Of a stretch of DNA of 64,000 nucleotides, positions 49,037-58,926 are shown piece by piece (position 1 is the stretch's first letter; each line of letters opens with the position of its first letter). Below the pieces are notes generated by a model. That model saw only the letters and a list, made by a program, of their open reading frames with translations, was not told the origin of the DNA and made no database searches. Source of the DNA: a virus; IMG/VR virus record IMGVR_UViG_3300017783_000001; one strand, 5' to 3'. The translations under genes and the position numbers were made by a program.

Positions 49037-49039
49037 AAC

Positions 49040-49528
49040 TTAATCTTTTCCTTCAATTGGTGTATCTTTAAAAGGATCGTTTGCTGTGTCTCTATTATTC
49101 TCATCAAACTTTTTATCTTTTAAATGTTTTTGTAGTTCAGCAGTTGAACCTACAAACAAAGCATTCTTAATGTTATTAGTTGTCTTGTTCGGTACATCTT
49201 TTAGTTTAGATAATTTACTTTGTAAGTCTTGTAATTTATCAACGGTGTCGGCTACATTTTTAATTAATGCACCTGCGACTTCGTATGCTCTCGGGTGTTG
49301 CCCTTCTTTTGCAACATCTAAAATGCCTTGTATTGCGTCTTGTCCTCGTTCAATTAAATTATAGTAATTCTCTCTACTATATTTGTAATCGTTTTCTATA
49401 TCATCTTTCTTTGGGTCTTCAACTCTAGGTACAGGTACAGACTTCTCTTGCAACATTAAATCTGCTACAGGAGTACTCTCTTCTTTGATACCTAAAATAT
49501 TATTTACTTTGTCTTCTAGTTTACCCAT
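49040..49528 (-). CDS. gp16: Terminase small subunit
   Basis: DYKYSRENYY, HPRAYEV, LFVGSTAELQK. Confidence 0.93.
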   Translation of the reverse strand: MGKLEDKVNNILGIKEESTPVADLMLQEKSVPVPRVEDPKKDDIENDYKYSRENYYNLIERGQDAIQGILDVAKEGQHPRAYEVAGALIKNVADTVDKLQDLQSKLSKLKDVPNKTTNNIKNALFVGSTAELQKHLKDKKFDENNRDTANDPFKDTPIEGKD

Positions 49529-50153
49529 TGTTTACAATCCTAAAGTTTGTATTTAAAACTATTCTATTATTATATGCACTTGGATTACTACTTGCGTGAA
49601 ATCTCCATCCATTAAAAATTACACAACGATTTGCTTTTGGTTCAACTCTCTTTGCAATAGTTAATTTTTCTGGTTTCTTATCTTTATTAAAAAACTCATT
49701 AAACAATACGGTATCACCATCTGTATCTTGTGGATAATAAATGCAAACAAGATGTTCTTCGTGTTCATCATCAATATGTGCTATATTATACTGACCTTCT
49801 TTAAAGTCAGGATGTGGAAACATTAAATTAAATTTTGCTCTTAACAATTCTACTTTATCAAAGTCTTTAGTTAACAGACCTGCTTTACCAACCATTTCAG
49901 ATAACGAATGTTTTATCGGTTCAATAGCAGGATTTTGTGGACCTTTTTGAGGTTGATTATGTAAATAAACTCTATGTACCATTTGTGTAGATGAAAATGT
50001 ATTCTCATCTTTCATAATACCTTTATTGTCCATTTGATTAGGTAGAATATCCATAGATAGGATATATGCTAACCTTGTAATGTTTTGTTGAAAGCTATTA
50101 TTTACAACTTCTGGTAAAACATTGTCTAATACTAGTATATCTTCTTTGTTCAT
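49521..50153 (-). CDS. 2OG-Fe(II) oxygenase
   Basis: HID...IYY...DGDTVLF...FHASS..R.VLN. Confidence 0.8.
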   Translation of the reverse strand: MNKEDILVLDNVLPEVVNNSFQQNITRLAYILSMDILPNQMDNKGIMKDENTFSSTQMVHRVYLHNQPQKGPQNPAIEPIKHSLSEMVGKAGLLTKDFDKVELLRAKFNLMFPHPDFKEGQYNIAHIDDEHEEHLVCIYYPQDTDGDTVLFNEFFNKDKKPEKLTIAKRVEPKANRCVIFNGWRFHASSNPSAYNNRIVLNTNFRIVNNG

Positions 50154-50165
50154 TTTTGCCTCTCA

Positions 50166-50978
50166 TTATGTATCACTTCCACTTGTTGGATCATATTTCT
50201 TTCCATCATTGAAGAATGATATATTTGTTGTGAATCCAAAATCGTCACCAGGTTTTGCTGTCGTAGGATTCGGTGTTATCACTATTCTTTCTTCTCTTGC
50301 TTTATCTATTGTATCTGTACCAAGGTCTGTTTGTACTTTTCTAACAACACCTTGATTTGAAGATGGTCCATATAGATAAGTTTTTGCAGTAAAGTTAATC
50401 GTATAAATTACTGCTCTTCTTGTATTAAAGTCTCCGTCATAATTATCTTCGTATGCAATGTCGCCTATAACAATAGGTACATCACGCTTAATATTTAAGT
50501 CTGGTATCATATTTATAGTCACCGTATAATCAGGTTGAAAATACGGAACTATCTGTTCCATAATCTGTAATCCGTTTTCTGCTGTTGCAGTAAAGATAAA
50601 CAAAGAATAAGTTATATTATACGGAACAGGTGTATAATTAAACTTCATATTGTTTTGTTGAAAAGAAGTAGAACCATCATCTGTTGTTGTTCTAGTTTTT
50701 GTCAACTTATTTAATTTTCTACTAGGGTCATATTGCAGACCAGATATTTCAAAACCCATACGAGGTAGAATAGTTGAAAATTGTGTATCTTGCAAGTCAG
50801 GTTGTTGTGTTAATCTTGTAATAAACTTTTCTTTAGGTGCATATGCAAGAGGCACCGTAAATCGTTTTACAACTGAACCATTTGCGTCTTTTGTTTGTAC
50901 AACAATCTTATTAAAAATCTGACCAAATGCAATAGTCAGTTTTCTTAATCCTTCGTTATAAAAATGTGTTCCGAACAT
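50166..50978 (-). CDS. gp15: Tail sheath stabilizer / completion protein
   Basis: VPLAYAPKEKF, LPRMGFE, EQIVPYFQP. Confidence 0.93.
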   Translation of the reverse strand: MFGTHFYNEGLRKLTIAFGQIFNKIVVQTKDANGSVVKRFTVPLAYAPKEKFITRLTQQPDLQDTQFSTILPRMGFEISGLQYDPSRKLNKLTKTRTTTDDGSTSFQQNNMKFNYTPVPYNITYSLFIFTATAENGLQIMEQIVPYFQPDYTVTINMIPDLNIKRDVPIVIGDIAYEDNYDGDFNTRRAVIYTINFTAKTYLYGPSSNQGVVRKVQTDLGTDTIDKAREERIVITPNPTTAKPGDDFGFTTNISFFNDGKKYDPTSGSDT

Positions 50979-51817
50979 TACTTAACATCTCCAAATGGGT
51001 TACTTTCTGTAAAGTCTAATATATCATCTGTCACCGTTGCAGTATCAAAACCTGCAGCCGAATCTAAATCTAAATTATCAGCGTAAACAGATTTTGTTTG
51101 TATACTTGTAGCGGCGTCTCCGTCTGTAGTAATATCATCAAATTCTTCTTGTATTACATATTGAGGATTACCATTTGCGTCACCTTGTTCTAATTGTAAG
51201 AAACCAGAATAAGAAGACTGATTTAGTGTACCATCTTCAAGTCTAAATTGATATTGTAAACTTGTATCTAATGATAGTCTATCATCTGCTGAATCTATAT
51301 CACCAATTCCTGTATTAAACTCTTCACTTGAATATTCAAAAGTTTTACATCTTAATTTGTAAACAGGTAAAGAACCTAATTGAAAGAAAGGCTCTTGGTC
51401 TTCAACAAATGAAACTTCAAAAAACTTGTTCATTAAAGGATAGTAAATTACATCACCTTCGTTAGGTCTACCGTCTACTACCAAGTTTGCAGTATCATCA
51501 ACTTGTTCTTGGAATCTTCTCTTTGCAATTACAAAAGTTGTATCGTCTCTTACTTCTAAACCAAACTTACTAATTATTTCTTGTTCGCCTTGGAATCCTT
51601 CTACCGTTTCAAAATACATTTCAACTAGATACGACTCGTCAAACCTAGACGCAGAGTCTTCGCCTAGAATTAAATCTCTATTGACAAGAGTTCTTGGTAA
51701 ATAGTAAACAGCGTGACCATAGATTTTTAAATTTTCAACGATTAAATCTTCTATTAATCTTTTCTCATTTTGACTACCTATGCCATCGCCGCCTTGAAAG
51801 TAATGATTAACGGCCAT
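50978..51817 (-). CDS. gp14: Neck protein
   Basis: YYLPR, SKFGLEVRD, RPNEGDVIY, DFTESNPFG. Confidence 0.93.
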   Translation of the reverse strand: MAVNHYFQGGDGIGSQNEKRLIEDLIVENLKIYGHAVYYLPRTLVNRDLILGEDSASRFDESYLVEMYFETVEGFQGEQEIISKFGLEVRDDTTFVIAKRRFQEQVDDTANLVVDGRPNEGDVIYYPLMNKFFEVSFVEDQEPFFQLGSLPVYKLRCKTFEYSSEEFNTGIGDIDSADDRLSLDTSLQYQFRLEDGTLNQSSYSGFLQLEQGDANGNPQYVIQEEFDDITTDGDAATSIQTKSVYADNLDLDSAAGFDTATVTDDILDFTESNPFGDVK

Positions 51818-51824
51818 TTTATTT

Positions 51825-52631
51825 TTATCCTATTAACATTGCTGGGTTTAATTCAAACGAGCTTCTAATTTCTGCTTCTAATTTTTCTACATCTTGTAGT
51901 GCTTCAGAATAGATTTGTTGTCCGTTTAATGTAACCCCACCAATCATTGCTACTCCATTAAATTTAGAGAGGTTGGCACCCCATTGTTTTTTAACTAATG
52001 CAGTTGTGTATCTCTTTAACCAAATGTCATCATATACATCTGTATAAGTGTCTGGGTCTAGTTTTCTGTATGCGTCAATAACTAGATACTCACCAACTGC
52101 TAAGTCGCTTCCCCAATCCATATCAATGTGTAATTTATTGTCGTGTTGATTAAACCTTAATGGTTTTTCACCAACTAATATATGGTCTAGGAAATCTAAT
52201 TGTCTCATTACAATATCATAGTTGATAACACTTGTAGATGAGAAATCGTAAAGGTCATTTAATCTTAATTGATACCTAACATCAAATAAGTTCAGACTAC
52301 CTTTATTAGAAAAAGGAAATATGTTAGTAACCGATACAATTGAATCAGGAACAACGATATAACCGTTTCCTGTTTTCCAAGTTGTGGTTACAGAATTTTT
52401 TGTAGCACCTTCAGAAGTATCTGTATTAATTCTATTATAATCTGCCTGTGTGTATTGATATTTTAAATATACTCTTTTGATACCGTCATAGTGATATTGT
52501 TGATAATATTGTATTGCTTCATCAACTCTATCGTCTACTTGGTCGTCATCAACATTAATTTCAATAACAGGATGTCCCAATGCTCTCTTTGCATATGAGA
52601 TAAGTGTCTGTCTAGTGTTAGGTATTGCCAT
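51825..52631 (-). CDS. gp13: Neck protein
   Basis: LGHPVIEINV, KKQWGANLSKF, GGVTLNG; late promoter at 52657-64. Confidence 0.93.
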   Translation of the reverse strand: MAIPNTRQTLISYAKRALGHPVIEINVDDDQVDDRVDEAIQYYQQYHYDGIKRVYLKYQYTQADYNRINTDTSEGATKNSVTTTWKTGNGYIVVPDSIVSVTNIFPFSNKGSLNLFDVRYQLRLNDLYDFSSTSVINYDIVMRQLDFLDHILVGEKPLRFNQHDNKLHIDMDWGSDLAVGEYLVIDAYRKLDPDTYTDVYDDIWLKRYTTALVKKQWGANLSKFNGVAMIGGVTLNGQQIYSEALQDVEKLEAEIRSSFELNPAMLIG

Positions 52632-52659
52632 AGTTTTATTCCTTTATCTTTAGCAATAT

Positions 52660-52860
52660 TTATAATTTTCCGTGAGGGTCGCTATAATCATTCTCCCCTT
52701 TATCGTCTTTTTTATCTAAATACCAACACATTATCACTAACAATAGACCAAATCCGATAAGACTTTGTAAAAATGGTTCGTGTTTCAACATAAACCACAA
52801 GATTTGTAGACCATTTGCACCATCAACTATCAACCAATCTATCTCTTCTTTTATGTTCAT
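52660..52860 (-). CDS. Small membrane protein
   Basis: Hydrophobic segment LIGFGLLLVIMCWYL; overlaps the ALAS stop. Confidence 0.55.
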   Translation of the reverse strand: MNIKEEIDWLIVDGANGLQILWFMLKHEPFLQSLIGFGLLLVIMCWYLDKKDDKGENDYSDPHGKL

Positions 52861-54050
52861 TTCTTTTTACCACATCTTCTCATTGCAGATTTTACTTTAA
52901 CTACCATATCAAATATCATTGTATCTGTATGAAATGGTGTAGGCGTAAATCTTAATCTTTCAGTACCAACAGCAACCGTAGGATAGTTAATAGGTTGTAC
53001 ATAGATACCATCTTTATAAAGTAATTCATCTGAAACTGCTTTACATTTTTTAGCGTCACCTATAATTACCGGTACAATATGACTATCGTTTTGTAATACT
53101 TCTATACCTTGTCTTGTTAATTCTTCTTTTGTTTTTTGTGCTCGTTCTTGTAGTTTTTCTCTTAATTCAGGATGGTCTTTAACATACTTAATACTCGTTA
53201 ATGCACCAGCACATAGTACAGGCGATAAACTAGTTGTAAATATAAACGCACTTGCCATACTTCTAATTGCGTCTATAAACTCTCTCTTTCCACAAATGTA
53301 ACCTCCCTGTACACCATAGGCCTTAGCTAATGTTCCATTGATAATATCAACATCAACTTTATCTCGTTCACAAATACCAGCACCGTTAGGTCCGTATAAA
53401 CCAACTCCGTGTACTTCATCAATATAAGTTATTGCATTATACTTTTTACATACTTCAACAATTTCTTTTACAGGTGCAATATCACCGTCCATAGAATATA
53501 CACTTTCAAATACAACACATTTAGGTCCTGGGTTAGACATTAATATACTTTCTAAATCTTGTACATCATTATGTTTAAATATTTCTTTTCTACATTTACT
53601 ATGCCTTAAACCTTGTATGATTGAAGAGTGATTTTGTGCGTCTGATATAAACAACAAATCAGGCATAATCTTGCCCATTGTTTCTAAAGTTGTTTGATTA
53701 GCATTGTATGCTGAAGTGAATAATAACGCACTTTCTTTGCCGTGTAATTGAGTTAATTCGTGTTCTAAAGCAATGTGATAGTGAGTTGTGCCGGAGATGT
53801 TTCTCGTCCCTCCAGCGCCCGCTCCGCTCGTCTCCAGTGCTGTTTTCATACTATCTAGCACATAGGAATGTTGTCCCATACCTAGATAATCATTTGAACA
53901 CCAGTTAACTATTTTTTTGATTGAGTATTTTGAATACCAGATTGCGTTAGGATAACTACCTCTGGTTCGTAGGATATCATTGAATACACGGTATCTACCG
54001 TCATCTTTTAATTCTGTTATTACTTGTTTAAACTTGTCTAAATGTTCCAT
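52857..54050 (-). CDS. hemA: 5-aminolevulinate synthase (Shemin pathway)
   Basis: WCSNDYLGM, GGTRNISG, ESVYSMDGD, DEVH, TLAKAYG, YVQPINYPTV; start MEHLD at 54050. Confidence 0.95.
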   Translation of the reverse strand: MEHLDKFKQVITELKDDGRYRVFNDILRTRGSYPNAIWYSKYSIKKIVNWCSNDYLGMGQHSYVLDSMKTALETSGAGAGGTRNISGTTHYHIALEHELTQLHGKESALLFTSAYNANQTTLETMGKIMPDLLFISDAQNHSSIIQGLRHSKCRKEIFKHNDVQDLESILMSNPGPKCVVFESVYSMDGDIAPVKEIVEVCKKYNAITYIDEVHGVGLYGPNGAGICERDKVDVDIINGTLAKAYGVQGGYICGKREFIDAIRSMASAFIFTTSLSPVLCAGALTSIKYVKDHPELREKLQERAQKTKEELTRQGIEVLQNDSHIVPVIIGDAKKCKAVSDELLYKDGIYVQPINYPTVAVGTERLRFTPTPFHTDTMIFDMVVKVKSAMRRCGKKK

Positions 54051-54751
54051 TATTCCACATAAGGAAATAAAGCGTCTGTACAAAATTCTTTTACATCATC
54101 TTCAGGTAAACCTAAACTTAACATAACTCTTGGTGTATGTGGATTTTCTCTTTGATGTTTTGCGTATCTGTTTTGTGCGTCTTTGATTTCCTGTAAGTCT
54201 CCTACTTCTTTGTTTCTTCTTAATAATGTAAAGTATACTTGTAAGTTTGATTGTGCCATACTTAATGCTTGTGTTAATTCTTTTTCAGTATTAATATTGC
54301 CGGCTGCAATCATACCTGGACTAAAAATTTTCATCGCCCAATCAGGTAATGGTCTAGGTTTTGATGGTGTATAAAGACTTGCTTCTTTTACAAACCAATC
54401 TACCATTGAATGGTCTCTTTTTGCAAGAGGAGAAAAGTCGTGGAAGAAACCTGTAACCTTTTTTGCACCTGCGATTACATCTAATCCAAATATAGGTGCT
54501 TCACTTGTTAGATTAGGAAACACGCAACAATGAAACATAAACAAACCTTTTTCGTCTCTAGCGTCAACTACATCTAAATGACATCTTCTTGCTTCAGGTG
54601 TTTTCCATACTCTATTGACCCAACCTTGTTCTGGTCTATTAAACTTCTTCATTGCAGGTTCAAATATCTCTTCACCTTCTCTTTCAAAATTTGCAATAAT
54701 ACTATGAGTGTGTTGCTCAAGCATTTCCCATATTCTACTTCTTCGTTCCAT
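54050..54751 (-). CDS. pcyX: Ferredoxin-dependent bilin reductase (PcyX/PcyA-like)
   Basis: RRCHLDVVD, HCCVFP, PIFGLDVIAG, FHDFSP, LPDWA..IFS, QRENPHT. Confidence 0.85.
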   Translation of the reverse strand: MERRSRIWEMLEQHTHSIIANFEREGEEIFEPAMKKFNRPEQGWVNRVWKTPEARRCHLDVVDARDEKGLFMFHCCVFPNLTSEAPIFGLDVIAGAKKVTGFFHDFSPLAKRDHSMVDWFVKEASLYTPSKPRPLPDWAMKIFSPGMIAAGNINTEKELTQALSMAQSNLQVYFTLLRRNKEVGDLQEIKDAQNRYAKHQRENPHTPRVMLSLGLPEDDVKEFCTDALFPYVE

Positions 54752-55394
54752 CACCAAACCTCTTTTCATTGTTATTAATAAATGTCATCATTTCTTTAAA
54801 TAGTTCCGTTGCAAAACTAAAACAAACTCTTGCTTCATATACAACATTGTTTACATTTTCTGTAAGTGTACTTGCGTCTGAATATTTTTGAAAGCTATCT
54901 ATCTTTAATCTTAATGCGTCTTTTATTTCTTGTACACTTTTATATTTTTGTATACCATCATCAACTTTTTTAAAATTAAAATCGTAATAATAATTACGAC
55001 TTGGTGTCTTTCTTTTAATCATTTGACCACCTGATAAATCACCCATATGTCTTACATAGATATGTGCAGCTATTTTTTCAGGATTATCCATTAAATTTTT
55101 ATTTACATATTCAACATATTTTTTTGTACTTTCACATAACCAAGGTTTATGTTTCCAAGTCCATAGTTCATTAAAATCTTTTAAGATTTCAGGTGCTCTT
55201 CTTAATTGTGGCATATCATCAAAGAAACCATCTGCCATTGCGACTGCTTCTAATATGTTATATGCTTGATGTTGATTGTAAAGATAAACAGCGTAAACTT
55301 CTTCTAATATCTTTCCAGACATTAATACTTTTACAAAGTGTTGTCTTTCTGCTTCTTTATGATGTTCCCAAGTTAACTCTTTTAATGTTTTCAT
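54735..55394 (-). CDS. hemO: Heme oxygenase
   Basis: LKELTWEHHKEAE (proximal His), AHIYVRHMGDLSGGQMI. Confidence 0.92.
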   Translation of the reverse strand: MKTLKELTWEHHKEAERQHFVKVLMSGKILEEVYAVYLYNQHQAYNILEAVAMADGFFDDMPQLRRAPEILKDFNELWTWKHKPWLCESTKKYVEYVNKNLMDNPEKIAAHIYVRHMGDLSGGQMIKRKTPSRNYYYDFNFKKVDDGIQKYKSVQEIKDALRLKIDSFQKYSDASTLTENVNNVVYEARVCFSFATELFKEMMTFINNNEKRFGDGTKK

Positions 55395-56206
55395 CTTTTA
55401 GGAGCTTCTTCAAATGTTTTTTCAGTCTCTTTTTTCTTTTGTTCAAGTTGATGTAAGTCTTCTTTTACAAAACTTTGATAATCTTCTGGCACATCATCCA
55501 TATCCATTTCACCTATAAAGATTTGATTTGCCATTAATTCTGCTCTTACTTTTTGGTCTTCTGCTTCGTCTCTACTACCACCAGACATATCATTTAAACC
55601 TGATTTGTCTTCACCAATTTCTTTAGCAGCAACTTTGAATAAAGAAATTCTAGGTAAGACTTCTTCTAAATGTTCGTTGTGTGCTTCTAAATCACCAGAC
55701 ATACCAATTTTAAAATCCCAATTTAGTTTTATAATGTTAAGCATTTCGTCTGGTCTACGATTGTATGCTTCTGTAAATTTTTCTGTAAGTCTATCTTTGA
55801 GAATTGAAGTACCTTGATTGGTCATTATCTCACTATGAGAGGCATATAGGTGTGCGAGTAATAAATCTTTATCTGCTTTAACATCTATAACAGAAGTACA
55901 CCAACTTTGCGTTGCGTACATTACAGATGGTTCTACCCAAGGTTTTGTTATATCATTAGCGTCATAAGGCCATTCTGCTTTCCACGCTTCTTTTAGGTTT
56001 TCTTTAATACAAATCTCTTCAATACCATCAAGTACACCTGCGTCTTTGCAATGTCCTTCTATTTGACATACATAGACCCATTGATTGTACAAGTAAGTAC
56101 CAACAGCTTCTTTGTGTTTAAGTTTCTTGTTTAGATAGTCGTTAATGAACGGTTGTGATTCAAACTTCTTGCGAGCCTGTTCTACAAATTCTTCTATTGC
56201 TTTCAT
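55391..56206 (-). CDS. Divergent heme-oxygenase-fold protein
   Basis: Parallels HemO (YLYNQ..Y..(I/L)E, PW...S, LAHLY) but lacks the proximal His and the GDLSGG motif. Confidence 0.55.
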   Translation of the reverse strand: MKAIEEFVEQARKKFESQPFINDYLNKKLKHKEAVGTYLYNQWVYVCQIEGHCKDAGVLDGIEEICIKENLKEAWKAEWPYDANDITKPWVEPSVMYATQSWCTSVIDVKADKDLLLAHLYASHSEIMTNQGTSILKDRLTEKFTEAYNRRPDEMLNIIKLNWDFKIGMSGDLEAHNEHLEEVLPRISLFKVAAKEIGEDKSGLNDMSGGSRDEAEDQKVRAELMANQIFIGEMDMDDVPEDYQSFVKEDLHQLEQKKKETEKTFEEAPKR

Positions 56207-56256
56207 TTTCACCTCAATTGTTTAATGTAAAAGACCGTTAAGTCTTATTGTATAAT

Positions 56257-56264
56257 TATTTATA
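56257..56264 (-). promoter_or_regulatory. T4 late promoter TATAAATA upstream of the heme/bilin cassette
   Basis: Exact consensus about 50 bp upstream of the start; no TTGACA seen nearby. Confidence 0.7.
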
Positions 56265-58460
56265 TTAGTCTCTAGGACCCAAATGGAAGAAGTAAGAAAC
56301 TTGGTTTGAGTTTGCACCTTCTGAATAGTAGTCATAGTTCATAGTTACCGAAGCACCACCATCATAACCAGTCCAGTATACTTGACCTCTTTGGTTAAGA
56401 GCTCTCGGTATATTTGAAGAACCAGTTCCTGAATAGAATAAATCAGTCCATCTATGTCCACCACCTGGTTGAAATACAATTTTCTTTCTTGTTCTAAACA
56501 TTTCATTGTCTTCCATACCTTGACCGGTATCGTTTCTACCACCGTTATTATCTTGGTCATCAAAGTTAGTGTCACCACCCATACCTTGCTCGTTGTTTGA
56601 ATATGGAGCACCACCCCAAATCAATCCTTCGTCATCAAGTATCATTGGGAAAGAGTACATATAAGAACCATCAGCTCTACTCATACCTACATCACATACA
56701 TTAACTGCCCATTTAGGACCTTTCATATGTATGAAACTTCCTGGGTGACCACCTGATTGATACCAATATCCATTGGACTCAACTGATTGACCACGACCAC
56801 CGTATGTACCATAGTTACCATCGTGTACCCATAGCATACCAGTAGTTTTCTGTCTGATATATAACCATTTGTTTTCATCTCCACCACACCAGAAGAAGTC
56901 AATGTCTCCATTTAAGAAGTGACCTTCTCTTCTGAACGAACCAATATGGTGCGTATCTGTGTAACCAGGTGAGCCGATTGGCCAAGCACCTGAAGTTGTG
57001 TAACCTGTAAACCACATATAGCCTTCGCCGTCTAATATGTGAGTACAAGAGTGTCCACCGTTTGAGTGAGTTGTCTTGTACATTTTAATTCCACCGTATC
57101 TGTTCCAGTTGACACCAACTCTTGTTGGGTGTGTGTAGTAATAAGAGCCATTTCTGTTTCCTACTCCTAATTCACCGTGTTGGTTATGTCCCCAAGCCCA
57201 TAGTTGACCGTGTTCGTCTAATGCGTGAAACCACGCCTCTTCTGAACCTGAAGTCCACATATCAATGATTTGTCTTCCATCAAAGTATGATTGAGGTAAT
57301 CTAACTGGTCTGGTAACATTGGCACTATAGAAAGCAGTACTTGTTGGTCCACCAGAAGCGTCTGCTGAATTGTTTATTCCTGGATTACCTAGTCCTAATT
57401 GACCGTTGTTATTGTAACCCCAAACCCATACTGAACCGTCATCACCTAATGCGAAACAAGATGATGTTCCAGCGTCGTGTCCGGCGTCGGACATACCGAC
57501 TTTAACCATTTTAGTTTGATTGAATGTTTTGCCTATAGTGTTTCCTTGCCAATCTTGTGTATCATTAGCAGTAACCCTTACACTATAATTTCTATCTGTA
57601 GTTTCTGAATTTCCTAAACCGTAGTTTCCATTTTCACCAGCGGCGTAAACTTCACCATTGTTCATTAACCAGAAAGTTCTATTTTGATTTTTTCTAACTT
57701 GTATTACTCTTGGTGCTTTTCCATCAGGTGTAGTCATTCTACCTGTAGCATTAATATTCCAAGATTGGTTGTCTGTAGAAGCCATCCAATCAGTAAATGT
57801 AAATCCTGTAGAAAAGTGTTTTCCAGGTTCGTCATTTCCAGCAACACCGTCACCTAATCCAGATGAACCAGTTCCTTCAGAAGAACCTACCCACATATCA
57901 GAACCATCTGAGCATAGTGTACAAGTTCTATATGTTTGGTCAGCACTATCTTGTGTGTCAACACCCATATTATATTTCCAACCTAACGGAGCTCGGTTGT
58001 TAAATGAAATAACTTCGTTTCTTGTACTCCACTTGTTTTCGTTAATGTAAACAAGTGCCCAATATTTTGATGGTCTACCATCGTGTTCTTCTACCCAAGT
58101 ATTACAATATCTTGTTTTTTTCAAACAAAGATAAATCTTATCGGCAACTTTACACATTTCACCTCTTTCATATTGTCTCCAATACTGCCAAGTTTCAATG
58201 TTGTCGTTACCTGCAAGCAATAGCGTCCAGTATCTATTGTTGTCGGGTCTATATGACCGTCTAACAACCGTAGGCTGATATTGGCCATAAGAGTTCGTAT
58301 TGACCATAGATTCACTTGAAATAGTAAAGTTATCAGGTGTCTCTTCTGTACATCTGTATGACTTACCTCTCCAGTAAACTATATCATTCTTATAATACTT
58401 CTCTTTATCTTTCCAGTTTCCTTTCCAGGATACTTTAAAGTTTTGTATATCTAGTGCCAT
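56265..58460 (-). CDS. RCC1-repeat virion fibre / receptor-binding protein
   Basis: N-terminal WKGNW...NDIVY..G.SY.C module; RCC1 repeats WGYNNNGQLG, WGHNQHGELG. Confidence 0.75.
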   Translation of the reverse strand: MALDIQNFKVSWKGNWKDKEKYYKNDIVYWRGKSYRCTEETPDNFTISSESMVNTNSYGQYQPTVVRRSYRPDNNRYWTLLLAGNDNIETWQYWRQYERGEMCKVADKIYLCLKKTRYCNTWVEEHDGRPSKYWALVYINENKWSTRNEVISFNNRAPLGWKYNMGVDTQDSADQTYRTCTLCSDGSDMWVGSSEGTGSSGLGDGVAGNDEPGKHFSTGFTFTDWMASTDNQSWNINATGRMTTPDGKAPRVIQVRKNQNRTFWLMNNGEVYAAGENGNYGLGNSETTDRNYSVRVTANDTQDWQGNTIGKTFNQTKMVKVGMSDAGHDAGTSSCFALGDDGSVWVWGYNNNGQLGLGNPGINNSADASGGPTSTAFYSANVTRPVRLPQSYFDGRQIIDMWTSGSEEAWFHALDEHGQLWAWGHNQHGELGVGNRNGSYYYTHPTRVGVNWNRYGGIKMYKTTHSNGGHSCTHILDGEGYMWFTGYTTSGAWPIGSPGYTDTHHIGSFRREGHFLNGDIDFFWCGGDENKWLYIRQKTTGMLWVHDGNYGTYGGRGQSVESNGYWYQSGGHPGSFIHMKGPKWAVNVCDVGMSRADGSYMYSFPMILDDEGLIWGGAPYSNNEQGMGGDTNFDDQDNNGGRNDTGQGMEDNEMFRTRKKIVFQPGGGHRWTDLFYSGTGSSNIPRALNQRGQVYWTGYDGGASVTMNYDYYSEGANSNQVSYFFHLGPRD

Positions 58461-58491
58461 TTGCTATTACCTTCTTTTTAATTAATTGTCT

Positions 58492-58881
58492 TTAGAATCC
58501 TAAGTTTGATAGGAATGAAGCTTTAGCAGCTTTGTGAGTTGCGATTGCAGTTTTAGTTCCTGCAGTATCATCAGCCACATCAGCTAATAAGTCAATCATT
58601 GATTTACCATTCATAAATTCGTTATCTAAATTTCCCAAGCCTTGTGCAACATAGTTTGAAGCAGCTTGTAGACTTGCTTTTTCGTCAGCGTCGGTTACAA
58701 TAGCTACACCGTATACAGAATCATTATCACCATCAGTTTTGATAGTAGTATTACCATCATCAATTGAGAAATAAGTTTTTCCACTTAATTCTCCTAAACT
58801 GATTGGCGTATCTCCTGTAGGAGCAGTATAGTCGTCACCTTGACCGATTCCAGCAGTCATTGAATAAATTACTTTTGCCAT
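58492..58881 (-). CDS. Hypothetical protein in fibre cluster
   Basis: ORF with GGAG RBS; late promoter at 58919-26. Confidence 0.6.
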   Translation of the reverse strand: MAKVIYSMTAGIGQGDDYTAPTGDTPISLGELSGKTYFSIDDGNTTIKTDGDNDSVYGVAIVTDADEKASLQAASNYVAQGLGNLDNEFMNGKSMIDLLADVADDTAGTKTAIATHKAAKASFLSNLGF

Positions 58882-58926
58882 TTTGTTTTTTCTCCGTTTT
58901 CTTTATTTGTTATACTTCTATTTATA

